From positions 71,494-135,493 of the forward strand of contig JBAQNJ010000001.1 of assembly GCA_049303675.1 (NCBI GenBank): DNA of 64,000 nucleotides, given 5' to 3'. Each line of letters opens with the position of its first letter. Within the stretch, counting starts at the first letter, position 1. Under the pieces are notes generated by a model. It was given only the letters and a program-made list of their open reading frames with translations. It did no database searches and was not told where the DNA came from. Source of the stretch: Microgenomates group bacterium. Lineage in GTDB: Bacteria; Patescibacteriota; Microgenomatia; UBA12405. Position numbers and translations under genes: made by a program. Of this stretch, positions 37,635 through 46,287 are shown one piece after another.

Positions 37635-40570
37635 TGAATCTAAAATATATTTTTATTATCGGCGTTTTACTATCTCTAATATTTATATTAATTACAATTA
37701 ATCGACCAACAGTACCCAAAACTTCCTTTCCTACCATCAATGACACCAATTTAATAATCGCCACCGGCAAATACGCCTACAAAAATCAAAATTCCGATAC
37801 CAATACTTTTTTTGCCTCCAATCCAACCGTCAAAGATTCTATCCGTTTTGTAAATCGCCAGTCAGCCATTTCTTTTTTTACCAACTCCCGCCAATCTTTT
37901 GCCACCGCCAACTCATCAACCCCCACAGTTTCAGCCAATACTATTACTTATCCCCATATTTTTCCCGATACCGACCTTCGCTATACCAATACTACTTCGC
38001 GTCTTTTGGAAGAATTTATTGTCTATTCTCCGACCTCTGCTATCAAAATGACCAAAATTGATCAAACAGTAAATCTGACCAACATTGATCAATATCAACA
38101 AAATAATCACCAAATTGATTTTTATCATCAAGGCCAAATTGTCGCCAGTGTCCCCCGCCCAGTTATGTATGAGTTAAATAACAAAAAAAAACTATCTTAC
38201 GGTATAAATTATACTATCAATGCCATCACCAATACCAAGTTGACGGTCTCCAAAAATATTGATCAAGAAGGTCTAAATTGGCTCAACGACCCAAAACGCA
38301 ATTACCCCATTGTCATTGACTTAGTCATCGATAACGCCGACACCGCCTCCAATTGGGTCAGTTCCAATAGTACATCTTTGACCGTCTCTCAAGAAACCAC
38401 TATCAAGCAAGAAGGCACTGGTTCAGTTAAATTAGTCTCCACCACCCCGTTTGGTAACGGTAGTGACGGGTCATGTACTATTAGTAGCAATTTTAATATT
38501 AATACCGGCAGTTGTGTCGGGCGGTCATCTGCCGATGCTGTTGTTTACAATTCCACTGTCAATACTGGTGTTGGTAGTAGTTCCATAATATTATCAGCAG
38601 GTGCCACCGGTATCAGTGTTGGTGACGAAGTTCTGGTTATCGACATGATGGGGGTTGGCACTACCACCAATGTCGGCAAATACCAATTTCTCACCGTCAG
38701 TGCTGTCGGTCAATCTCTCCTAACTTTTGGCTCAACTCTCACCAATGCCTATTACGGAGGCACCGATGTTGTTATGGTTCAACGCATCCCCCAATACACC
38801 AACGTTACTATCAACACTGGAATTACTCTAACTTCAAACTCTTGGAACAACACCACTGGCGGCATTATTGCCTTCAGGGTTAGTGGTACTACTACCAACA
38901 ACGGAATTATATTTGCCACCGGTATCGGCTATACAACGGCAGTATCTGACACCACCGGTTATCAGGGTCAATCTCGACCTGGATCAGGTAGTATGACTAC
39001 AGTTGCCAACGACGGAGGTGGGGGCGGGGGTGATAGTGATGGATCCATTTGTCCAGCGTCAGGTATAGGCGCAGGTGGAGGAGGAGGCTATGGATCAGTC
39101 GGTACCGGTGGATCAAGTAACTCGCCAGGTGTTTCGGGTCAAGGTGGCAAATCATATGGCAGTACAACACTCTCCACTATACATCTTGGTTCAGCCGGTG
39201 GCACCGGTACAAAATGTAATGGTGCCAGCGCCCCGTGTTCATCAGGTAATGGTAAAGGTGCTAATGGAGGTGGCATAATTTTTATTGGGACCCAAACCAT
39301 GGCCAATGCCGGAACCATTATCGCTGATGGTGGTTACAGTAACAATACCTCCACTGGTGGTGGTGGTGGTTCTGGTTCAGGTGGTTCCATATATATCAAC
39401 AGTATTGGTGTCACACTAGGCACAACTAGTGCCATCGGCGGTAGTGTCGGTGGCCTTATTTGCTCGGGTCCCGCTGGAGGACTTGGAGGTGACGGCCGTA
39501 TTCGCGTCGAAGCCAATACTATCAATGGTTCGTCAACTCCGACTGCCTCGACCGGTTCTACCAGTTACACCAGTGAAACTGCCACCCGCACCACATCATC
39601 TACTGATTTATCTACATACCCATCACTAACTTTTTGGATACGATCTGATCATGTGGGTCAATACATTACTTTTCAGTTTGGTGAAACACTCTCAACCGAA
39701 AACACTTTTCCTGTTACCATAAATTATGCCAATACTTGGGAAAAAAAATCAATTAACATTTCTAACATTTCCTCCACTGCCCGTGATGCCGTCACCAAAT
39801 TTGCCTTCAAAGTCGGTTCTGTTAGTAGTACTGTCTATTTTGATGATATTCGTACCAACCATAGTTCAAATTCACCCACTCTCGTCTCTCCCAGTATTGG
39901 TTCTACCAATGTTTCTCAAGTTCCTAGTTTCAAAATGGTCGCCACCGATACAGATTCCGACGACCTTCAATACAAAATCAATCTCTGTACCGATTCCAAC
40001 CTTATTTCAAATTGTACTACCATAAATGCCACCAATACAGGTTGGAGCGGTGCCGATGTCGGCACCTCATCTTTTAGTTCTGGCACCACCGCCACCTACG
40101 TTATTCCAATAGGTTCATCGCTAGCTTTGGATACTACTTATTATTGGAATTCCGCTGCCATCGACCCTGCCGGTTCAAATAATTGGAGTAATTATTCTTC
40201 TACCAGTTATTTTAGTACCGATACCACACCCGCTGCTCCCACTTCCTGTATTGTCGATCAGGCCAACTATCCTGCCTCTTATACCCTCCGTTGGTCCGAT
40301 CTCTCTACTGATGAAATTGGCTTCGAGGTCTTTCGTAAGAAAAATGCCATTGGCTCCAGTCTTGTCTCCACCACCGGTGTTGGAATTACCGGCTACGTCG
40401 ATACCGATATCCAAAGTGGCAATACTTACAACTATCTCGTTCGTTCCAAGAAGACTACAGTTGGTAATTTTACTGCCTACTCTAACTATTGTACGTCTGT
40501 TCTTCTCAATCCCAACTCTGGTCTATTCCAGTTTCGGGGACTCAAAATGGAAGGTCTCAAAATTCAATAA
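37616..40570 (+). CDS. Membrane-anchored Gly-rich (beta-helix/PMP-like) surface protein with a C-terminal fibronectin type III-like domain, translationally coupled to the giant gene
   Basis: The giant ORF stop TAA at 37632-37634 overlaps an ATG at 37634-37636 (TAATG), which is in frame with the track start at 37616, so the start may be 37634 (MNLKY..). The N-terminal TM helix is 'IFIIGVLLSLIFILITI'. The Gly-rich segment 'GGGGGGDSDGS...GGGGGYGSVGTGGSS...GGGIIFIGTQTMANAGTIIADGGYSNNTSTGGGGGSGSGGSIYINS' is present. The FN3-like C-terminus reads 'TPAAPTSCIVDQANYPASYTLRWSDLSTDEIGFEVFRKK....GNTYNYLVRS'. Confidence 0.8.
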   Translation: MVDHKLMNLKYIFIIGVLLSLIFILITINRPTVPKTSFPTINDTNLIIATGKYAYKNQNSDTNTFFASNPTVKDSIRFVNRQSAISFFTNSRQSFATANSSTPTVSANTITYPHIFPDTDLRYTNTTSRLLEEFIVYSPTSAIKMTKIDQTVNLTNIDQYQQNNHQIDFYHQGQIVASVPRPVMYELNNKKKLSYGINYTINAITNTKLTVSKNIDQEGLNWLNDPKRNYPIVIDLVIDNADTASNWVSSNSTSLTVSQETTIKQEGTGSVKLVSTTPFGNGSDGSCTISSNFNINTGSCVGRSSADAVVYNSTVNTGVGSSSIILSAGATGISVGDEVLVIDMMGVGTTTNVGKYQFLTVSAVGQSLLTFGSTLTNAYYGGTDVVMVQRIPQYTNVTINTGITLTSNSWNNTTGGIIAFRVSGTTTNNGIIFATGIGYTTAVSDTTGYQGQSRPGSGSMTTVANDGGGGGGDSDGSICPASGIGAGGGGGYGSVGTGGSSNSPGVSGQGGKSYGSTTLSTIHLGSAGGTGTKCNGASAPCSSGNGKGANGGGIIFIGTQTMANAGTIIADGGYSNNTSTGGGGGSGSGGSIYINSIGVTLGTTSAIGGSVGGLICSGPAGGLGGDGRIRVEANTINGSSTPTASTGSTSYTSETATRTTSSTDLSTYPSLTFWIRSDHVGQYITFQFGETLSTENTFPVTINYANTWEKKSINISNISSTARDAVTKFAFKVGSVSSTVYFDDIRTNHSSNSPTLVSPSIGSTNVSQVPSFKMVATDTDSDDLQYKINLCTDSNLISNCTTINATNTGWSGADVGTSSFSSGTTATYVIPIGSSLALDTTYYWNSAAIDPAGSNNWSNYSSTSYFSTDTTPAAPTSCIVDQANYPASYTLRWSDLSTDEIGFEVFRKKNAIGSSLVSTTGVGITGYVDTDIQSGNTYNYLVRSKKTTVGNFTAYSNYCTSVLLNPNSGLFQFRGLKMEGLKIQ

Positions 40571-40572
40571 TA

Positions 40573-40627
40573 ACTATTTTTTACTGTTAACTGTTTACTG
40601 TTAACTGTTAACAGTTTACTATTAATC
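40573..40627. promoter_or_regulatory. Intergenic tandem or palindromic 'TACTGTTAACTGTT' repeats, including the 16-bp palindrome AAACTGTTAACAGTTT
   Basis: The sequence is tttttactgttaactgtttactgttaactgttaacagtttactatt. It lies between the 984-aa and TPR genes. Related words occur at 47417-47445, 48738-48766 and 58296-58320. Confidence 0.4.
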
Positions 40628-40628
40628 T

Positions 40629-41864
40629 ATGTCCCTCGATCTCACTCCCGACCAACAACAGCAACTCCGTGACCTTGGGATTAATATATCCCAATCTACT
40701 ACAAATATATCAAATGAAATCAAAACCACTCATATTTCTCCCCCATCTACTGGCCAAATTTTACCTCCCACCATAGTTAGCAGTCAGTCAAATCGACTGC
40801 TGCCACTGCTATCTATTTCCGGTCTTACCCTCATTTCTTTCGGTGGACTAATATTATTCAAGACCAAATCAAATCAGCAAATTCCCAGTCCACTAATCAC
40901 TGATCACTCATCACCAATCACTGCTCCGACGCCCACCCAAGTCCCCAAATCCATCCAACACTATTTGCTTACCTCACAACAATACTTTACGCAGGCTCTT
41001 ACCGAGCAATCAAATCAACAAAAGGATCAATTGGCCACTCTGCTCAACCAAGCAATAACCACCGCTACCGCTGCCATCACCGATTTCCCCTCTGACTATC
41101 GTGGCTACGAGCAACGTGGTCGCATTTACCAAAGTCTCATTGATTCCCAACCCCAGACTCTCTCCCTAGCTATCACCGATCTCACTCACGCCTCTACTCT
41201 CAATCCCAACTCTGCCGAAATTACTCGTACTCTGGCAACTCTCTATGCTCGTCAGGGCAATGCACAGAGTACTATCAACTATCTTGCCCAAACCGTCAGC
41301 CTCGAGCCCACTAGGGCCCAAAATTTTTATGATTTAGCCCGTATTCAGCAACAAGTCGGCCAGCTCCCTGCCGCTCTCGACACCTACAATCGTCTTATTT
41401 CCCTAGTTTCCGATCCCACTCAACGCACCCAAATAGAATCCGAAAAATCAGCCATCGAACGCCTCATTTCCCAATCTTCAAATAATAAAAATCCAGTTTC
41501 TAGTTTCCAGAATCCAGTTTCCCCTTCCCCAACCGCTCCTCCACAAACAGAAGGCTCCCTTATTCAGGCCGATGCTGGTACAGGATTAATTATCGCCGCT
41601 CCTGAAACTAGCAAAGATATTTCTGTTCACAATCTAGTCGATTCCAATTCTCTCTCCGGTACCGCCACTCTTCCGGCCAACCAATTATCTCTTACAATTT
41701 CTAATGACAAAATCACTTCCACCTCCCAAGTCTATCTCACAGTTGTTAAAGGTGGCAAAAATCTCTCTCTCCAAGTTCTCAGCAAATCCCTCGGTTCCTT
41801 TGTTGTCGGTCTCGATTCTCCTACTACCGAAAATATCGAGTTCAAGTGGTGGATCATAAATTAA
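40629..41864 (+). CDS. TM-anchored TPR-repeat protein whose C-terminal ~100-aa domain is shared with the giant protein and ends in ...KWWIIN
   Basis: The TM segment is 'LLPLLSISGLTLISFGGLILF'. TPR-like helices include 'YEQRGRIYQSLIDSQ', 'EITRTLATLYARQGNAQSTINYLAQTVSLEP' and 'FYDLARIQQQVGQLPAALDTYNRLISL'. The C-terminus aligns with the giant's: 'AD.G.......S..SGTA.LPA..L.L.I.N.KI...S.VYLT.V.......L......G.F..(G/A)LD.P...(E/D)I.(F/I).WWIIN'. Confidence 0.75.
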   Translation: MSLDLTPDQQQQLRDLGINISQSTTNISNEIKTTHISPPSTGQILPPTIVSSQSNRLLPLLSISGLTLISFGGLILFKTKSNQQIPSPLITDHSSPITAPTPTQVPKSIQHYLLTSQQYFTQALTEQSNQQKDQLATLLNQAITTATAAITDFPSDYRGYEQRGRIYQSLIDSQPQTLSLAITDLTHASTLNPNSAEITRTLATLYARQGNAQSTINYLAQTVSLEPTRAQNFYDLARIQQQVGQLPAALDTYNRLISLVSDPTQRTQIESEKSAIERLISQSSNNKNPVSSFQNPVSPSPTAPPQTEGSLIQADAGTGLIIAAPETSKDISVHNLVDSNSLSGTATLPANQLSLTISNDKITSTSQVYLTVVKGGKNLSLQVLSKSLGSFVVGLDSPTTENIEFKWWIIN

Positions 41865-41891
41865 TTACGAATTAAAAATTACGAATTTCAA

Positions 41892-42251
41892 GTGAAGGAT
41901 AACATTCTTCTAAATAAATCATTCAATTTTGCCATCAGAATTGTTAATGTTTACAAACATCTAAAATATAAGAAATATGAATCAATTCTCTCAAAACAAT
42001 TATTAAGAAGTGGTACTTCTATCGGCGCCAATATCGAAGAGGCCATTGGGGGACAATCAGAAAATGATTTTTCTTCTAAATTATCAGTAGCTTACAAAGA
42101 AGCTCCAGAAAGCAACTATTGGATAAAATTACTAGCTAATACCGGCTATTTATCAAATTCCGAAGCTCAGTCTCTGACCAATGATATTACCGAAATACTC
42201 AAGATAATTGGCAAAATACAACTAACTATCAAGTCAAAACGTAATTCGTAA
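41892..42251 (+). CDS. Four-helix-bundle protein of the 23S rRNA-intervening-sequence protein family (TIGR02436-like)
   Basis: The start codon is GTG. The sequence 'KQLLRSGTSIGANIEEAIGGQSENDFSSKLSVAYKEAPESNYWIKLLANTGYL' matches the family core (QL.RS..SI..NI.EG.GR.S..DF..FL.IA.GS..E....L.LA..LGYI). Confidence 0.75.
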   Translation: MKDNILLNKSFNFAIRIVNVYKHLKYKKYESILSKQLLRSGTSIGANIEEAIGGQSENDFSSKLSVAYKEAPESNYWIKLLANTGYLSNSEAQSLTNDITEILKIIGKIQLTIKSKRNS

Positions 42252-42254
42252 TTT

Positions 42255-44231
42255 TTAATTCGTAATTATTTTTGTTGGTACCGCGCTTGGTTCCGGCGAC
42301 ACCACCGCTGCCGGTGGATTTAGTTCTCCATTTGGATTAGCCACTACCGATTTGGCATTCCCTGTTGGTAATGGTTTTGAAGTCTCCAGCGTCTCTGCTA
42401 CTTTCTTTTGTTCTTCCTGCCTCACAGCCGCTTTTTTATTGGCTTCATCGAGTTCCTTTACCCATGTCGCCAATTCCTTGCTGGCAATTTCATAATCACC
42501 TGAGTCTATTGGCACCAGAGTAATTGCTTGTTGTAATCTCGCTACCGCCTCTGTCAATTTGCCCAATTGTTTGGCACTATGCGCCCAGTTGTACCAACCA
42601 TTAGCATAATTATTTTTGTTTAGCAGTACCGCCTCAAACACTCTATCCGCTTCATCATATCTCCCCGAGGCATATACCAATCCCCCCAGCTCCAATCTTG
42701 ATGTTGCATTTACCGGTTCCATCATCACCGCTTGTTCATAGGCTTGAAAAGTCCAGTCAGCCGCTCCATCCACCACTCCAATCAATTGTCTATATATCAC
42801 CGCCAGATTCAGCCAATAAGTCGGATTGTTTTTGTCGAGACTAATTGCCGCCTTGGCCTCGTTAACTGATTGCTGAATTAGTCCTGACGCCTTCTGTTTG
42901 TCATCATTCGTCAGTTCTTTATTTGCTAGCACCGCCCCTGCCATAGTCAAATAAGTCCCTGAAATTGACTTATGATAATCAGCCATCTTCGGCAACTGCT
43001 CTATTGCTTTCAACTGCCAATCGATATTTGGTTCCAGTATTGACTGACGTACGAGATACTCTCCTCTAACTATTTTATACATTCCATAGCCACCGCCTAG
43101 ACCGATCAGCATTACCATTCCCATTATCAATATTTTCCCCATGTCTAGGCTCTGCTTTTCCACATAAATTGTTAGACTTGTTTTTATTTCTCTATTCTCC
43201 ATCCCCGCCACCAGCCAAAATAGCAGCCACACTCCCATAAAATGATAAGGCAATATTACTACTGCCAACCCAGCCAAAATCAACCAAACTCCCCTAAAAT
43301 CTTTTTTTTGTTTAGCGACATTACTCGCCATCAATATACCAATACCCAATCCTCCCAAGCCCATTTCCGTCCAAAAGTGTAACAGGCCTACTGACGAAAA
43401 CTTAAACCAGTTTGCCCAAAATGGAGTCAAATTATAACTCGCCGGTCGATAGGCAAAAAACGCTTCTACAAAATTCCCCGACCCCACCCCCCACAAGGGT
43501 ACCCTCTTAAATGACTCCACCATAATTACCCATGATGTTTGCCAATCAAGTAGCGCCATCCCTCCCGTTTTTGTCAATCGAAAGACATCGACCATCGCCA
43601 CTAATAAAAGAAACGCGGCTACTCCCGCCTCCCACCAGTAATTATCTTCATTTTTCAATTTCCTATACAATCTTTTTCCCCATTCCACCACCAAAAATAT
43701 TATTAAAATAATTTCATTATAAAGTGATCCGGTAATTGACCAGTTCGAGGTAATGTTAAAAACTGGATTATTTTTTGGCCATATAATCGGCAATTTTGAC
43801 GATGGCCATAAAAACACAGTTATTGCCAACATTCCCGATACTATTCCAGCAGCTGTCAACCAATTTAGTTGCTGTTTTCGATCTGTCTCAGTTTGTAACC
43901 AGATAAATAGCCACAGCCACCAAGCACTCAGTGTTCCCACTCCTCCAAAATCAGTTACCGATCTCATTTTGACACCGGCTTCCATTTTCCACCACCATTG
44001 TATCCATGTCCACAACACCAATGCCCCCATCAACCACCACATTTTATTTACTTTTACTTTTTCTTCTCGGCCACTAATTAGGTTCCCCCCCCATATCAAC
44101 AATCCTAGTAGGGCACTAGTCATCAATATCCAGTTTTTGCCAAAACCAAATGAATCGACCACTATCGGTAAAAATGATATTGGCAATACCAACATCATCA
44201 ACCGCACATAATATTTCAGTACAGTATCCAT
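42255..44231 (-). CDS. Polytopic membrane protein of the Wzy_C family (O-antigen ligase / O-oligosaccharyltransferase-like) with a C-terminal TPR domain
   Basis: More than 10 predicted TM helices are present. The Wzy_C-like core reads 'PLWGVGSGNFVEAFFAYRP.....HFWTEMGLGGLG'. The C-terminal TPR segment reads 'YWLNLAVIYRQLIGVVDGAADWTFQAYEQAVMMEPVN....YNWAHSAKQLGKLTEAVARLQQAITLVP'. It is a tandem paralog of 44258..46228. Confidence 0.7.
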   Translation of the reverse strand: MDTVLKYYVRLMMLVLPISFLPIVVDSFGFGKNWILMTSALLGLLIWGGNLISGREEKVKVNKMWWLMGALVLWTWIQWWWKMEAGVKMRSVTDFGGVGTLSAWWLWLFIWLQTETDRKQQLNWLTAAGIVSGMLAITVFLWPSSKLPIIWPKNNPVFNITSNWSITGSLYNEIILIIFLVVEWGKRLYRKLKNEDNYWWEAGVAAFLLLVAMVDVFRLTKTGGMALLDWQTSWVIMVESFKRVPLWGVGSGNFVEAFFAYRPASYNLTPFWANWFKFSSVGLLHFWTEMGLGGLGIGILMASNVAKQKKDFRGVWLILAGLAVVILPYHFMGVWLLFWLVAGMENREIKTSLTIYVEKQSLDMGKILIMGMVMLIGLGGGYGMYKIVRGEYLVRQSILEPNIDWQLKAIEQLPKMADYHKSISGTYLTMAGAVLANKELTNDDKQKASGLIQQSVNEAKAAISLDKNNPTYWLNLAVIYRQLIGVVDGAADWTFQAYEQAVMMEPVNATSRLELGGLVYASGRYDEADRVFEAVLLNKNNYANGWYNWAHSAKQLGKLTEAVARLQQAITLVPIDSGDYEIASKELATWVKELDEANKKAAVRQEEQKKVAETLETSKPLPTGNAKSVVANPNGELNPPAAVVSPEPSAVPTKIITN

Positions 44232-44257
44232 CCTATTTATTTCGTAATTCGTAATTT

Positions 44258-46228
44258 TTAATTCGTAATTTCCTTTGTCGGCTCTGGCGACACTACTGCC
44301 GCTGGAGGGTTCAATTCACCACTAGGCGCTGGAATTACCGCCTTACCAGTGGGCAACGGTTTCGGAGTCTCCAGTGTTTCTGCCTGCTTGGCCGCCTGTT
44401 GTGCCGCCACTTTTTTAGTTAATTCTTCCAATTGTTTTTTCCAATCCATCAACTCTTTATTGGCTTTTTCAAAGTCACCCGAATCAGCTGGCACTAGGGC
44501 CACTGCCTGAGCTAGCCTATCGACGGCATCTGGCAATCTATTGAGTTTATACGCAGTATAAGCCCAGTTATACCACGCATTAGCAAAATCATTTTTACTC
44601 ATTACTACCGCCTCAAAAACTCTATCGGCCTCGTCATATCGTCCAGCAGCAAAGAGTAGTCCTCCCATTTCCAATCTCGAGACTGGATTAGCTGGTTCCA
44701 GTGCTACCGCTTGTTGATATGCTTGGAAGCTCCAGTCAGCTGAGCCATCAACTACACCCACAATTTGTCGATAAATCGAAGCCAAATTGAGCCAATAACT
44801 CGAGTTATTGCCCTCGAGAGCAATCGCTGATTTCCCCTCACGCACTGCCTGCTGCACCAACACCGATGCCTTTTGCTTATCTTCATCAGTCATTTCCTTG
44901 TTAGCCAAGAGAACACTGGCCAACGACAAATTGGTTTGAGAATAAACCCTTCGATATTCCGCCATCATTGGCAGCATTCCAATTGCCTTAATTTGCAGAT
45001 TGTATGTTCCTCCACCATCATTTTTAGCCGCTGCCACCATCGACTGTCTCATATATATTTCCCCCGATATTATCCTATACATCCAGTAGCCACCACCTCC
45101 AATCACCAACAATAAAAATATCTCCACCGCCCAAATTGCCACATCCACCTTATTTTCCGCCACCGCCACCCCCAATTCAATTTTTTTTGATTTACTTTCA
45201 ATTCCAGCCAATAGCCACATCATCAACCAGATAGTTACAAAATTAACTGGCAATAACACCACCGACAATCCCCACCCAATCAGTCGCCATCCCTCAAAAT
45301 CCTTCTTTTGACCCCATATTTTTATGCCCATCAACACTCCCAATCCCAGCCCCACCAGTCCCAATTCAGTCCACAAATTCAATATTCCATTTGAGGCAAA
45401 TTTGAATCCATTTGCCCAATATTTAGTCAAATTGTAGCTTACCGGTCTCCATGAGAAGAATGCCTCGCTAAAATTCCCCGCCCCCACACCCCAAATTGGG
45501 CTAGTTTTTAGGGCCTCAACTGCCACCACCCACGAAGTCCTGCCGTCCAAATTCACCCAGCCTGTCTTATACATTCGAAAAGCTCCCAACATTAACACCA
45601 GCGACAGGACGGCTATCACCACTGCTTCTTTAATATAATCTTGTTCTCCTCTTAATCTATCCGTCAGCCTCTTTCCCCACTCCACCACCAAAAACAGCAT
45701 CAACAACACTTCGTTTAACAGTGATCCAGCAATCGACCAGCCAGCCGCAATGTTTACCAGTGGATTGTCTTTTGGCCATACTATAGGTAGTTTTGATACT
45801 GGCCACAAGAATAATCCCAATGACAATACTCCGGCTATCAATCCAGCAGCCGTCAACCAGTTTAGTTGCTGTTTTCGATCTGTCTCAGTTTGTAACCAGA
45901 TAAATAGCCACAGCCACCAAGCACTCAGTGTTCCCACTCCTCCAAAATCAGTTACCGATCTCATTTTGACACCTGGACTCAATCTCATCCACCATCCCAA
46001 CCACGCCACAACCACCATCATTCCCAAAATCCACCAGACATTATTTACTTTTATCTCTCTCTCTTTATCTACTGCTACATTTATACCCCACAATAATATT
46101 CCCACTAGGGCTCCCACCATCAATATCCAATTTTTCCCTAGCCCAAATGAATCGACCACTATCGGTAAAAATGATATTGGTAACACCAGCATCATTGCTC
46201 GGACATAGTATTTGAATATATTTTTCAT
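44258..46228 (-). CDS. Wzy_C-family (O-antigen ligase-like) membrane protein with a C-terminal TPR domain, paralogous to 42255..44231
   Basis: It has the same architecture, with core 'PIWGVGAGNFSEAFFSWRP ... LWTELGLVGLGLGVL' and TPRs at the C-terminus. Blocks of nucleotide identity to the paralog include 43860-43990 against 45850-45980, which are essentially identical. Confidence 0.7.
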   Translation of the reverse strand: MKNIFKYYVRAMMLVLPISFLPIVVDSFGLGKNWILMVGALVGILLWGINVAVDKEREIKVNNVWWILGMMVVVAWLGWWMRLSPGVKMRSVTDFGGVGTLSAWWLWLFIWLQTETDRKQQLNWLTAAGLIAGVLSLGLFLWPVSKLPIVWPKDNPLVNIAAGWSIAGSLLNEVLLMLFLVVEWGKRLTDRLRGEQDYIKEAVVIAVLSLVLMLGAFRMYKTGWVNLDGRTSWVVAVEALKTSPIWGVGAGNFSEAFFSWRPVSYNLTKYWANGFKFASNGILNLWTELGLVGLGLGVLMGIKIWGQKKDFEGWRLIGWGLSVVLLPVNFVTIWLMMWLLAGIESKSKKIELGVAVAENKVDVAIWAVEIFLLLVIGGGGYWMYRIISGEIYMRQSMVAAAKNDGGGTYNLQIKAIGMLPMMAEYRRVYSQTNLSLASVLLANKEMTDEDKQKASVLVQQAVREGKSAIALEGNNSSYWLNLASIYRQIVGVVDGSADWSFQAYQQAVALEPANPVSRLEMGGLLFAAGRYDEADRVFEAVVMSKNDFANAWYNWAYTAYKLNRLPDAVDRLAQAVALVPADSGDFEKANKELMDWKKQLEELTKKVAAQQAAKQAETLETPKPLPTGKAVIPAPSGELNPPAAVVSPEPTKEITN

Positions 46229-46287
46229 AATTCAGATTATCAAACCCTCGACAGTCCAACAACCCATCAAGACAACTTTTTCCCGCA

